This document shows, in pieces, positions 35,237 through 44,755 of a DNA stretch of 64,000 bases. Source of the DNA: a virus (Duplodnaviria; Caudoviricetes); the IMG/VR virus record IMGVR_UViG_3300020460_000013, positions 37,322 through 101,321 of that record; one strand, given 5' to 3'. How positions within the stretch are numbered: the stretch's first letter is position 1; each line of letters begins with the position of its first letter. Under the pieces are notes generated by a model. That model saw nothing but the letters and a program-made list of their open reading frames with translations. It did no database searches and was not told the origin of the DNA. The position numbers and the translations under genes are program-made.

Positions 35237-35482
35237 TTATAATCTCTCTTCTAATTCTTTTTGTAATTTACGTTTGTATCTGCGTATTGCAGCCGCTTTC
35301 TCTTTCCTACGTTTCTCACCTCTGGATTGAAAGTAAGTTTTCTCACGCAGTTCTTGAATAATACCCTCTTTGACAAGACGCTTTCTAAGAACACGCAATG
35401 CACCATTTACATCATTGTTGCGAACAGATACAGATAAACCTTTTGGTTCATCTGTTTTATTTGATTTCTTTTTATATTTCAT
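35237..35482 (-). CDS. rpsU: Ribosomal protein bS21
   Basis: VRNNDVNGALRVLRK...EG...ELRE..YF....EKRR..KAAA.RR; TATAAATA 5 nt before the ATG. Confidence 0.9.
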   Translation of the reverse strand: MKYKKKSNKTDEPKGLSVSVRNNDVNGALRVLRKRLVKEGIIQELREKTYFQSRGEKRRKEKAAAIRRYKRKLQKELEERL

Positions 35483-35490
35483 ACTAGTAT

Positions 35491-35790
35491 TTATAATAAG
35501 TAATTGGGAGTTAACCCTTTCTCATATTCTTCATGTATCTCAATAATCTTGTATGCTTCAATACAAGCAGCTTCTAAAAGGTCATGAGCACCATCTGATG
35601 TTTTAAACCCATACTCATCTGCAAAGTCCATTGAAGAAGAAGTTCTGAAGTACTCTCCAAAACCATAGTTCGCAAGACAATTTGCAAGTTCATTAACATG
35701 ATTGGAAGAACAAACAATCTCGTTGCTTCCATCATCTTCATAGTTATGCAATTCTAATTTACCTTCGTTACAACTCAAATATGAAATCAT
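35491..35790 (-). CDS. Hypothetical early protein
   Basis: SSSMDFADEYGF; has its own promoter. Confidence 0.7.
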   Translation of the reverse strand: MISYLSCNEGKLELHNYEDDGSNEIVCSSNHVNELANCLANYGFGEYFRTSSSMDFADEYGFKTSDGAHDLLEAACIEAYKIIEIHEEYEKGLTPNYLL

Positions 35791-35814
35791 TAATAATACC
35801 TTTCTCTCTGTTTA

Positions 35815-35849
35815 CGAATCATAATACCATTTTCTGCATATGGAGTCAA
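35815..35849 (-). promoter_or_regulatory. sigma70 early promoter with TGATTCG abutting the -10
   Basis: TTGACT-17-TATTAT-GATTCG. Confidence 0.8.
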
Positions 35850-35859
35850 CCCCCCAAAC

Positions 35860-35889
35860 AAAAAAAAGTGCCCCGAAAGACACTTTTTT
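35860..35889 (-). terminator. Rho-independent terminator after pstS
   Basis: AAAAAAGTGTC-TTTCG-GGGCACTTTTTTTT. Confidence 0.8.
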
Positions 35890-35913
35890 CTAGTAGTGGT
35901 AAAAATGTAACTA

Positions 35914-36867
35914 CTATTCTATAGTAATTAAACCAGCTTCTTCTAGTGGCCCACCAGCTACAGTAAGTGATTTAAAATATTCATCAAACTCTGAAATGCC
36001 TGGTATGATACCCATGTGTTCTTTCTTTAAGTAATAGAATAAAGGTCTGGAAACTTTATAAGAACCATCTGCAATACTATCAAAAGATGGTTCAACACCA
36101 TCTACAACAGCACCATGTACTTTATCTCTATTTTGATCTAAGAAAGAAAAACCAAAAACACCAAAACGATTAGCGTCTTTAGTTAATTTCTCAACTATAA
36201 GATTATCATTTTCACCCATTTCAGTAACAAGACCATCTTCTCTTAATCCAGAGCAACGAGCTTTATATCCATCATCACCTTTTTTAGGCATATCATAGAT
36301 TTTCTTACATACTGAATGTAATACTAATTCTACGAAAGCATCTCTTGTACCAGATGATGGTGGTGGCACCATAACATCAATCTTTATATGTGGAAGATTA
36401 GGATTAATATTATCCCAATATAGATAACCATTGTCAACCCATTTACCATTAGATAAAACTTTATAAGCAACAGCTTTAAATATTTCTTCTTTGGTTAAAG
36501 AAAATTGTGTAGAACTATTAGAATTTGCAAACACTATACCATCAAATCCTATTAATCTTTCTATTGGTGTAACGCCATTTGAAGTACATAGTTCAACTTC
36601 ACTTGATTTAATGGCTCTACTTGCATTTGTTATATCTGGAGTATCAGTTCCTATCCCTTTACAGAATAATTTCATTCCACCACCAGAACCAGTGGATTCA
36701 ACGACTGGCACATTAAATTCTGTACCTTTACCGAATTTTTCAGCTACTATTGTAGAAAATGGAAAAACAGTTGATGACCCCACAATAGAAAGTGTGTCAC
36801 GAGCAATTGCGCTATTCGTTATAAATAATAAGATAGCTGCAGTTATTGTAGTTATGTATGTTTTCAT
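35914..36867 (-). CDS. pstS: Phosphate ABC transporter substrate-binding protein
   Basis: Signal peptide; GSSTVFP, STGSGGG, ASR, SGTRD.F and SRPLF motifs. Confidence 0.92.
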   Translation of the reverse strand: MKTYITTITAAILLFITNSAIARDTLSIVGSSTVFPFSTIVAEKFGKGTEFNVPVVESTGSGGGMKLFCKGIGTDTPDITNASRAIKSSEVELCTSNGVTPIERLIGFDGIVFANSNSSTQFSLTKEEIFKAVAYKVLSNGKWVDNGYLYWDNINPNLPHIKIDVMVPPPSSGTRDAFVELVLHSVCKKIYDMPKKGDDGYKARCSGLREDGLVTEMGENDNLIVEKLTKDANRFGVFGFSFLDQNRDKVHGAVVDGVEPSFDSIADGSYKVSRPLFYYLKKEHMGIIPGISEFDEYFKSLTVAGGPLEEAGLITIE

Positions 36868-36898
36868 GTTTGCCTCCTTAGTCTAAAAATGTGAAAAC

Positions 36899-36974
36899 AA
36901 AAAATATAGGGAGAACCCAATTCTCCCTATACTTTATATAGTTTACTATTATAAACTTGTCACAAAAGTTTCAC
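36899..36974 (-). promoter_or_regulatory. Pho-box-like 11-bp-period repeat plus a terminator-like hairpin upstream of pstS
   Basis: TGTCAC(36958)-N5-TTTCAC(36969); hairpin TATAGGGAGAA-TTGGG-TTCTCCCTATA-TTTTTT. Confidence 0.5.
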
Positions 36975-36976
36975 AA

Positions 36977-37993
36977 TTAATTTGGATTTGGTGCATCTAT
37001 GCCAGGAAGATACTTAGACATTCCTAATAGTTCACCTACAGTAAACTTTCCATCAAATGGATCTAGTTCACCATCATTTATTTGTTTCGTAATTTTTATT
37101 GCAATATCAGCAACATCTTTAGGCATATTTGTCATTGGAGCCATTTCTACCATTCCAGTATCCATACCACCCCAAGTGTCTGAAGATTCCCAAGTACCAT
37201 CTAATGCAGCCTGTATTCTCTTAATGTAATAAGGGCCCCATTGATCTATGATTGAAGTTAATTGTGTATTTGGTGCAAAACTAATCATATCTGACGCTTG
37301 ACCGAAACCTTTTATACCTAACTCTTCTGCAACTGATAATGGTGCAGTTGAGTCTGTATGTTGTGTAATAATATCAGCACCTTGATTAATCAATGCTTTA
37401 GCTGCATCTGCTTCTTTTGCTGGATCATACCAAGTATTAACCCATACAACATCTATGTCAAAATCTGGATTTACAGAAGTCGCACCTAAGTAAAACGCAT
37501 TGATACCACGAATAACTTCTGGAATTGGAAATGATGCAATATACCCTGCTTTTCCTTCTTTACTCATATGTCCAGCGATAACACCTTGAACATATCTACC
37601 CTCATAGAACTTAGAAGAATATACTGACATATTGTCAGCAGTTTTATATCCAGTTGCGTGTTCAAACTTTACATTTGGAAATTTCTTTGCAACATTTAAC
37701 ATTTGTTCCATGTAACCAAATGATGTCGCAAATATAATGTCAACACCATTCATAGCCATTTGTGTCATAACTCTTTCTGCGTCAGGCCCATACTTGACAC
37801 TTTCAACATAAGTTGTTGTTATATCATCACCAAAATGTTCTTCGGCCATTATTCTTCCTTGATCATGCATATAAGTCCAACCATGATCTCCAACTGGCCC
37901 AACATATACAAATCCAACTTGTATTTTGTCTGCGTATGCAGAAGAAACACTTAATGATAATAGTAGTACTGATAGAATTTTAAACAGTTTCAT
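36977..37993 (-). CDS. BMP-family ABC substrate-binding protein (nucleoside/purine-binding type)
   Basis: GF.YVGPVGDHGW, TSFGY, PIPEVIRGINAF and QHTDS motifs. Confidence 0.9.
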   Translation of the reverse strand: MKLFKILSVLLLSLSVSSAYADKIQVGFVYVGPVGDHGWTYMHDQGRIMAEEHFGDDITTTYVESVKYGPDAERVMTQMAMNGVDIIFATSFGYMEQMLNVAKKFPNVKFEHATGYKTADNMSVYSSKFYEGRYVQGVIAGHMSKEGKAGYIASFPIPEVIRGINAFYLGATSVNPDFDIDVVWVNTWYDPAKEADAAKALINQGADIITQHTDSTAPLSVAEELGIKGFGQASDMISFAPNTQLTSIIDQWGPYYIKRIQAALDGTWESSDTWGGMDTGMVEMAPMTNMPKDVADIAIKITKQINDGELDPFDGKFTVGELLGMSKYLPGIDAPNPN

Positions 37994-38349
37994 TTTTTAC
38001 CTTTCTTTTTTTGAGGGTTAATTTGATGTATTTTCATAAAATACTCGGCGTCAACTACCACAAGGGGAGTCTTACCATTCTTTTTCATAACAACTATGGG
38101 TTCATAGTCATTACTATTTTCACACGCTTGAGAATAAGCATCCCAAACATTCAATTTCTCCACATTCTTACATTCTATAGAATATGGAAATTTCTTTCTC
38201 GCATCACGAGCCATGATTAAATCTTCACCACCAGCTCCCATTGAACGAGATTCTATATCTTCTGGATGTACGTTAAGTTCTTCTATTAACTTATCACGTA
38301 CCCATTGTTGTAATCTTCTACCTTTTGCTTTTGCACTTTGCGTTTTCAT
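37990..38349 (-). CDS. PD-(D/E)xK nuclease, Holliday-junction-resolvase-like
   Basis: KAKGR..Q, GEDL and IECK motifs. Confidence 0.75.
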   Translation of the reverse strand: MKTQSAKAKGRRLQQWVRDKLIEELNVHPEDIESRSMGAGGEDLIMARDARKKFPYSIECKNVEKLNVWDAYSQACENSNDYEPIVVMKKNGKTPLVVVDAEYFMKIHQINPQKKKGKK

Positions 38350-38351
38350 AG

Positions 38352-38516
38352 TTAATCATCACTATCGTAGTATTCCTCATCATACATGAAATCTTCATTA
38401 TTACTTATAGGTTCTCCACAAAAAGGACAATATGTAATTTTATAATATTCTTCTTCCATGTCATATTGAATCGTATACTCTACATCACATGATTCACAAA
38501 CTATTAGTTTTTTCAT
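38352..38516 (-). CDS. 54-aa zinc-ribbon protein (not in ORF track)
   Basis: CESC...YCPFCG with an acidic tail. Confidence 0.7.
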   Translation of the reverse strand: MKKLIVCESCDVEYTIQYDMEEEYYKITYCPFCGEPISNNEDFMYDEEYYDSDD

Positions 38517-38517
38517 C

Positions 38518-38940
38518 TCATGATACTCTGTTACCTCTTAACGCAAAGAACAAACCACCTACCCAAAGAAATACGTGTAGGTTATCGTACAATAAAACAT
38601 CTATAAAACTTTCAGGCTCTCCTATCCATATCACACCTGTCATGATACAACACATAGTGATACCACTAAATCTTGTAACCATGTCACCAATCCAATCTTG
38701 CATTTCGCTATACATCCATGCAGTTGTCAGTATACCACCAATCAATAAACCTATTCCAGATAAAAACTCACCATAGGTTACAAACCACCATACCAATACA
38801 GATAAATCATATGATGCAGCTTCATCTACATCAACTGGAATTTTCATCCATCCTTGTTGTATAAAAACAATCGCAAGTGGTATTCTCAATAACCAATGTG
38901 ATTGACAAAACTCTGGCATATTACTAAGTATCTTTTTCAT
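38518..38940 (-). CDS. DoxX-family membrane protein
   Basis: LLRIPLAIVF..QG..K...E...GI.L..G; four TM. Confidence 0.8.
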   Translation of the reverse strand: MKKILSNMPEFCQSHWLLRIPLAIVFIQQGWMKIPVDVDEAASYDLSVLVWWFVTYGEFLSGIGLLIGGILTTAWMYSEMQDWIGDMVTRFSGITMCCIMTGVIWIGEPESFIDVLLYDNLHVFLWVGGLFFALRGNRVS

Positions 38941-39130
38941 TATTCTCTAATCCATTTCCTACTTTAATTAAATATTCACCATTTAAATCATGTGTTCCAC
39001 TATTATGTACTGCCCACCAGAAACAATTCCATAAATTATAACTACCCCCAACCCACCATGGCTGGGGATATTTTTTTGCATCTTCTCTTATTTTTTTCCA
39101 ATGACCCACGAATAGTTTAAATCTATTCAT
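38924..39130 (-). CDS. Hypothetical Trp-rich protein
   Basis: Overlapping ORF in an operon. Confidence 0.55.
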   Translation of the reverse strand: MNRFKLFVGHWKKIREDAKKYPQPWWVGGSYNLWNCFWWAVHNSGTHDLNGEYLIKVGNGLENNEKDT

Positions 39131-39533
39131 GTTCTCCGCCTGGATCTTTTGGATCTAGTCTTAGTGTTTTTCCATCTATCACCATAGTTTGTCTTGCTCT
39201 TGGATAACTATGATAACCTTTTCTTAGTTTAAATACAGTTTGATTTACTGACTCTGGATTCTTTTCTGCTTGATTAAAAACTAAAAAGGTAATCGCAATA
39301 CCACTAATTAATACAATATGTACAACTGCACTAATACCAAACGCAGTTAAACTTCCAATCATAACTGCAAATATACCACTCCACATAAATGCTAATATTA
39401 AAAATAACATATGTGCAACTTGTGGGTGTAATTTTCTTAATGGTGAATGTTCTATTGTCATTACACCTTTCCAACCGAATTTGAATATTTCATATATTGC
39501 AAATGGTGGGTATGCTTTCCAACTATTTTTCAT
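39123..39533 (-). CDS. Hypothetical two-TM membrane protein
   Basis: SPLR.L...H...ILA.MW; C-terminal PGGEHE. Confidence 0.7.
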   Translation of the reverse strand: MKNSWKAYPPFAIYEIFKFGWKGVMTIEHSPLRKLHPQVAHMLFLILAFMWSGIFAVMIGSLTAFGISAVVHIVLISGIAITFLVFNQAEKNPESVNQTVFKLRKGYHSYPRARQTMVIDGKTLRLDPKDPGGEHE

Positions 39534-41464
39534 ATTTCACAGCCTCCTGCCGTACACGCTAATTCTTGAGAACTTGTTGTCATATCTTGTTTCTCATATT
39601 CTCCTAGTAAACCCCAATCAACATTCTTAGGCATACTATTCAATATTTCTTCATATTGTTTTTCGTCACAATCTTGATATGGTGCTTGTTTATATGTATG
39701 TTCCGAAAATGGTAGGAAACTGACACCAGACATATAATCAAAATGTTCATAAACCCATGCACCAACCTCTAACCATTCGTGTTCCTTTACAGATATGGTT
39801 ACAGATGGTTTATGTTCACACCAATGTTTTTGATAAGTTAACCATAATTCTAATTGTTCTATCGCAGACATATCAGTTCTGAACACTGCATTTTTATTTA
39901 CTTTCATAGGAAAAGAAAATACTGATGTATGGCCTGGATTCATTACATCATCTTCTACAGGAAATCCAGAGTCTACCATCATCTGTGTAAGTGGATCTTT
40001 TTTATCACCCCTCACAGTTCTAATGTAATAAGGGTTATGTCTTGCATGAATACCAGAAGCTGCATCAACTAATTGTGAAACTGTACCAGATGGTTTCACA
40101 CAAGTAATTGCAGTTGCTTGATTAATACCCAACTTTTTAGACCATATTTTATTTGTTTCTATTGCAACTTCTCTAAGTTCATCTAATAAACCTTCAAGAC
40201 TATTGTAAGAATTTGACACTGGATTTCTTTTACCATTTGTTAAAGGACTATCCATGATACCTGTAAGTGACACACCAAGCAATCTTTCTTCTGAACAATT
40301 CTTTTTCCACATATTAGAAACATACTTGAAGTTAGTAAGTGTAGATTGAAACGTACCAAGTATGGTTGCAATCCTTACTTTCTCTTTCAAACATTCACTT
40401 GTATCAGTTGGTCTGATAACAGCTTCTGATAAGTTGCAGAATTGTCTATCTCTTAATATGATTTCAGAACATGGGTTTGTACCAAACTCATGACCATCAA
40501 TAGTTCTTCTACCATTTTTCTCAGCCATTTTATTTGCAGACGCACGATTAAAGATACCTCTTTCACCAGACTTAGAATCATATAGTGATTTCCATTCGTC
40601 CATAAAGATACCAATATCTGGTTTCTCTGTATAACACGCAGAGTTATTTGCAAGCGCTCTTTGACCATGATGTTCCCACCATTGACCAGATTTTGCATGA
40701 CGCATACGATCATCAGATAGATTAGATAATGAAATAAGAGCAGATCTTCTTACTCCACCCACAACCACAATCTCTGCAATCTTACATACAATATCGTGAC
40801 ATTCTATAGATGATAGTTTTCTTCCTTTTGCATTTGTAAATGTTTTCTCAACAAATCTAAACAAACTATCTAGTGGTTCTGGGCCTGATGCACGACCACC
40901 AAATGTTTTAAGTGGTGTTCCTGCTGGTCTAACCTTTGATAAATCCCACTTTGGTATTTGACCAATATATAACATACCTATAAGTTCTTTGAGTGCTTTT
41001 GCCCAACCTAGTTTACTATCTGCAACTTGTATCATTGTATCAGAATGATAAAACTCCTCTGCAATAATAGGAAGTTTTGCAGTAAATTGTCTTTCTACAG
41101 AAAAACCAACACCAGTACCATTCATCAATACATAAAGTATTTCATCAAAAGCTGCAACTCTATCAACTGCAACATAAGAACAATTATACCCAGCAATATT
41201 TTCTCTCTTCAATGCTTCACCAGCGGTCATTAAACATCTCATAGAAGGCATCACTTTAATATCTAATACCGCTTCTTCCAACTCTTTTCTTGTTTTATCA
41301 TCTAAATCATAGTCACACATTTCTTTTAAATGTTCAGTAAAAAAATCAAAGTATCTTTCGATAGTTTCATTCCATGTTTCTCTGCGTCCTTCTTCTGGTA
41401 ACCATCTAGAGTATCTAGATAGATGAATAAATTGTTGATATTGCGTTGGTAGTTGATTAGACAT
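39530..41464 (-). CDS. nrdJ: Class II (B12-dependent) ribonucleotide reductase
   Basis: GYNCSY, GGVRRSA, TNPCSE, KPSGTVSQL and C-terminal C..G.CEI; no beta-subunit gene adjacent. Confidence 0.9.
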   Translation of the reverse strand: MSNQLPTQYQQFIHLSRYSRWLPEEGRRETWNETIERYFDFFTEHLKEMCDYDLDDKTRKELEEAVLDIKVMPSMRCLMTAGEALKRENIAGYNCSYVAVDRVAAFDEILYVLMNGTGVGFSVERQFTAKLPIIAEEFYHSDTMIQVADSKLGWAKALKELIGMLYIGQIPKWDLSKVRPAGTPLKTFGGRASGPEPLDSLFRFVEKTFTNAKGRKLSSIECHDIVCKIAEIVVVGGVRRSALISLSNLSDDRMRHAKSGQWWEHHGQRALANNSACYTEKPDIGIFMDEWKSLYDSKSGERGIFNRASANKMAEKNGRRTIDGHEFGTNPCSEIILRDRQFCNLSEAVIRPTDTSECLKEKVRIATILGTFQSTLTNFKYVSNMWKKNCSEERLLGVSLTGIMDSPLTNGKRNPVSNSYNSLEGLLDELREVAIETNKIWSKKLGINQATAITCVKPSGTVSQLVDAASGIHARHNPYYIRTVRGDKKDPLTQMMVDSGFPVEDDVMNPGHTSVFSFPMKVNKNAVFRTDMSAIEQLELWLTYQKHWCEHKPSVTISVKEHEWLEVGAWVYEHFDYMSGVSFLPFSEHTYKQAPYQDCDEKQYEEILNSMPKNVDWGLLGEYEKQDMTTSSQELACTAGGCEI

Positions 41465-42467
41465 TTACTTTTCTCCACATTGAAAACTGCATCAAGGCTT
41501 CTGTTCCTTGATAGGTATTATTGTCAATTATTGTTTTTATTTCTTCTTTTGTTTTTCCAGATAAAATCATTTCATTTACATCTTTTTCAATAATAGTGCG
41601 TGGCCACAAAGTAACTTTGTAACCATTAACTATAAACTTTTTTATTTGTTTACAGACTTGTCTGTTTCTAGGTTCGTTATCTGGAACGAGGATAGAATTA
41701 TCTTTATACTTCTTAATACGTAAATCACCTTGAGCAACTGCAACACAGTTGTCAATGAAAAGACTATCAAAGGGGCCTTCAACAATGTATATATTCTTTT
41801 CTTCATCTATTCTATCCATTCCATATATTTTAGGACTACTCTTGTCCAGAATTACTGTTAGATACTTAGGTATCTCTTTTCCGAAAGCTCTTCCTTGATA
41901 ACCTATTATATCCCCATCTTTATTTCTAAAGGGAATAATAATTCTAGGATGATCTCCATCTAGTGAAGAAAATTTATTCTTCAAGTGTTTGTTTGAAAAT
42001 CCAAAGAAATTCGGACAGTAATATATATCATTCCAAAATTTTCTAGGTATCAATCTTCGTGACAAAAAGTCAACAGCTGGATGACTTTTTTCAAGATTCT
42101 TAAAACTTTTTAAATTAAATTTTGTTTTAAATTTTGGTTGTTCAAATTCGTATTGTTCTTGTGGTACAGATTTACCTGTGTAGTTTTGACCATACCCCTC
42201 TTTGTATCTTTCTAGACGATATTCATTGAAAAGATTTGTATCTATAAACTCAATCAGTTTAGGTAAAGTTGTTCCCATAGAACAGTTATGACATTTATAG
42301 AACAATTCAGTTTTTGTTCTATAGATAAACCCTCTGGCCTTCTTTGTATTTTTTTGAGAATCACCACAATAAGGACAAGAGAAATTCCACAAGTAGTCAC
42401 TTTTCCTTGTGAAATTTCTAAGTCTTGGTGATATTAAGGATATATATTTGTTGTCAATATAATTCAT
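41457..42467 (-). CDS. DNA primase gp61
   Basis: CPYCGDS...CHNC zinc finger; EGPFDS and DNEPRN Toprim motifs. Confidence 0.92.
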   Translation of the reverse strand: MNYIDNKYISLISPRLRNFTRKSDYLWNFSCPYCGDSQKNTKKARGFIYRTKTELFYKCHNCSMGTTLPKLIEFIDTNLFNEYRLERYKEGYGQNYTGKSVPQEQYEFEQPKFKTKFNLKSFKNLEKSHPAVDFLSRRLIPRKFWNDIYYCPNFFGFSNKHLKNKFSSLDGDHPRIIIPFRNKDGDIIGYQGRAFGKEIPKYLTVILDKSSPKIYGMDRIDEEKNIYIVEGPFDSLFIDNCVAVAQGDLRIKKYKDNSILVPDNEPRNRQVCKQIKKFIVNGYKVTLWPRTIIEKDVNEMILSGKTKEEIKTIIDNNTYQGTEALMQFSMWRKVNV

Positions 42468-42510
42468 TATTTTTCATAATATAAAAATCAAACCAATTTG
42501 TCAATAGATA

Positions 42511-42933
42511 TTAGACATTTATTGTAATTACTTTCTGTATGATAAACCCTAAAACAATAGACCCACCGATAATTAACCATCTCCATTTTTCTAGGACACC
42601 AACACGATTAGACATATCTTGTCGCATCTTTTGAAATTCTTCCACGAGTCTACGTTCCATCTCACTCATCGCTTGATGGGTTTCCTTTGCGTTAGTTGTA
42701 ATGCGAGAGTGTAATTCTTGTACACTATCTCTAAATTCTTTTTCTTGTTGTTCCAAATTTTCTTCCTGGCGTATAAGTTTTTCTTCATGCACAGCCATTA
42801 TAGTATGTAAAGAAGAAGATACATCTGCAATCTTTTCTATTGCAGAATCAAGTCTGTGGTGTATTTGTTTCATGTCGTTTACTTCTCTTTTGAGGAGTGC
42901 GACTTCTGTTTCCACACTTTTACTACTTGACAT
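42511..42933 (-). CDS. Coiled-coil protein with C-terminal TM anchor
   Basis: Heptad repeats then LEKWRW..IGG. Confidence 0.7.
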   Translation of the reverse strand: MSSSKSVETEVALLKREVNDMKQIHHRLDSAIEKIADVSSSLHTIMAVHEEKLIRQEENLEQQEKEFRDSVQELHSRITTNAKETHQAMSEMERRLVEEFQKMRQDMSNRVGVLEKWRWLIIGGSIVLGFIIQKVITINV

Positions 42934-43252
42934 TCTTATCCTTTCTTCTGTGCATTAGGTAATGATATTCATCACCTAACATCTCTAATGTATGCAATCT
43001 TCGTTCCAGTTCTTCAATTTTTCTCGCAATTTTTGGATTTACTTTTTTCCAAGCATCATCTGGTTGATCAAACCATGTCCAACCATAACGATCTCTAACA
43101 AAATCTAATATCTTATCGAATTGTGAATAGACCCATAGACCTATTCTTGTATCTCTCATGTATGCAATAAACAATGCACCAAATATAGAACCACCAATAC
43201 CTGTGTAAATCCACAACCTGTCGTTCACCATTCTCTCTATCATATCCCACAT
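42923..43252 (-). CDS. Hypothetical membrane protein
   Basis: N-terminal TM. Confidence 0.7.
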   Translation of the reverse strand: MWDMIERMVNDRLWIYTGIGGSIFGALFIAYMRDTRIGLWVYSQFDKILDFVRDRYGWTWFDQPDDAWKKVNPKIARKIEELERRLHTLEMLGDEYHYLMHRRKDKNVK

Positions 43253-44001
43253 TATTTATTTTCCTTAGTATAATCTATATAAAAATTCATACCATGATCT
43301 ATTGTTCCATCAAATGGGTGTAACTTCTTTATTGCAGCCCACCTACCACGCATCTTATCTTTGAACCTTTGCCATAGTGTCATGTTTCTTATCTCTCCAT
43401 AATAATTAATGTATATAAGTTTTCCATGATGTTTATATCCCATTAGAAATAATGGTACTCTTGTAACTATATCATTATTATTAACGACACGATAATGTAA
43501 AGTTCTAATATTTTTTACAAAACTTCTTGTTCCAACTCTAGGTGATCCAAATGTTGTAAGTTGATCTACATTACAATATTCTTCAAACCTTGATGTTGCA
43601 ATAGTAGCCATAGCTGCACCCAAAGAGTGACCAGTTATATAAAATCTTTTTTTCTCATGTTTTTGTTGGTGATTATTAATTTGATCCCATAATTTATCTA
43701 CCTCACCTTTAAAACCAGCGTGTACTAATCCATTGGTCATTGAACCTCTGGGCCATGCTTTTAGGTCTGCAAATATATCGGATATTTCTTTTGGTTCTGT
43801 TCCTCTAAAACACAAACAATATTCTTCATCATTCCATACTGCATGACATTGAGCACCATCAACATCAAAATATTTGTGTCCAGTGTATCCTAGTTTTTGA
43901 AAATGTGGTTTGGAATTTTTACCTTTGTATGCCAGTTGTGACAACTGAGCCATTAGGTTAATTTTATTCAGATTGTACGACATCTGGAATAGTATCTTCA
44001 T
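43252..44001 (-). CDS. Class 3 lipase
   Basis: FRGT, VH.GF, TGHSLGAA, TFGSPRVG, D.V..VP and DH motifs. Confidence 0.9.
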   Translation of the reverse strand: MKILFQMSYNLNKINLMAQLSQLAYKGKNSKPHFQKLGYTGHKYFDVDGAQCHAVWNDEEYCLCFRGTEPKEISDIFADLKAWPRGSMTNGLVHAGFKGEVDKLWDQINNHQQKHEKKRFYITGHSLGAAMATIATSRFEEYCNVDQLTTFGSPRVGTRSFVKNIRTLHYRVVNNNDIVTRVPLFLMGYKHHGKLIYINYYGEIRNMTLWQRFKDKMRGRWAAIKKLHPFDGTIDHGMNFYIDYTKENK

Positions 44002-44389
44002 TTTCTGTATTATCCTCTCTTGGTGTAACTGCTTTTTCGTAGTACAAGATAATCTGATTTTGTTCTTCTATAAATCTTTTTATCTCTTCAAAATTGAGTG
44101 CAAGTGACTCAAAACTACTAGCTGTCATTGCATATAATACAAACTCTCCTTGCGTACCTTTGATACGATTAATAACATCTTCTAAATTATTTTCTGTGAC
44201 TACAACAATGTCAGCGTCTTTCATTTTAACTGGATCTGGACGATTGACAATCTGTATGGTAGGAGCAGGAATTTCTACTTTTTCAACTACTGTGGGTACT
44301 GTTACAATTTCTTTCTCACGAAAATTACTGCAAGCACTTATCATCAGTAACACAACTAATGTCACTAAAAAATACATCAACTTCTTCAT
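43964..44389 (-). CDS. Outer-membrane spanin-like lipoprotein
   Basis: ISAC lipobox; Pro-rich; overlaps the upstream i-spanin candidate. Confidence 0.65.
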   Translation of the reverse strand: MKKLMYFLVTLVVLLMISACSNFREKEIVTVPTVVEKVEIPAPTIQIVNRPDPVKMKDADIVVVTENNLEDVINRIKGTQGEFVLYAMTASSFESLALNFEEIKRFIEEQNQIILYYEKAVTPREDNTENEDTIPDVVQSE

Positions 44390-44747
44390 TTATCTTTTCC
44401 TCACTTGCTTTTGGATCTGCAAGGCTATTCTTTATTATATCTGTATTCGCAAGTAATTTTGATATTTCTTTATTTGCGTCCTGTACTTTTTTGAGATTTG
44501 TATTTAACTCGTTATTTAGTTCTTGTTGTTTCTTTACCTCTGCTTTAAAATTCTCTATCTCTTGTTCTACAGTTTTACGATATTCTTCAAATTGTGTTGT
44601 AACTTGTTTATTAACTGTTTCAAGTGTTGCATTATTTGTTCTCAAAACAGAAATAGTTTCTTGGGTTGTATCATAATAATACTTGGCCCCATATGCTACA
44701 GAGCCAAGTATCAACATAATAATTATGGTAATATATACACGAAACAT
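44325..44747 (-). CDS. Inner-membrane spanin-like protein
   Basis: N-terminal TM followed by a long coiled coil. Confidence 0.65.
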   Translation of the reverse strand: MFRVYITIIIMLILGSVAYGAKYYYDTTQETISVLRTNNATLETVNKQVTTQFEEYRKTVEQEIENFKAEVKKQQELNNELNTNLKKVQDANKEISKLLANTDIIKNSLADPKASEEKINEEVDVFFSDISCVTDDKCLQ

Positions 44748-44755
44748 AATTACCC

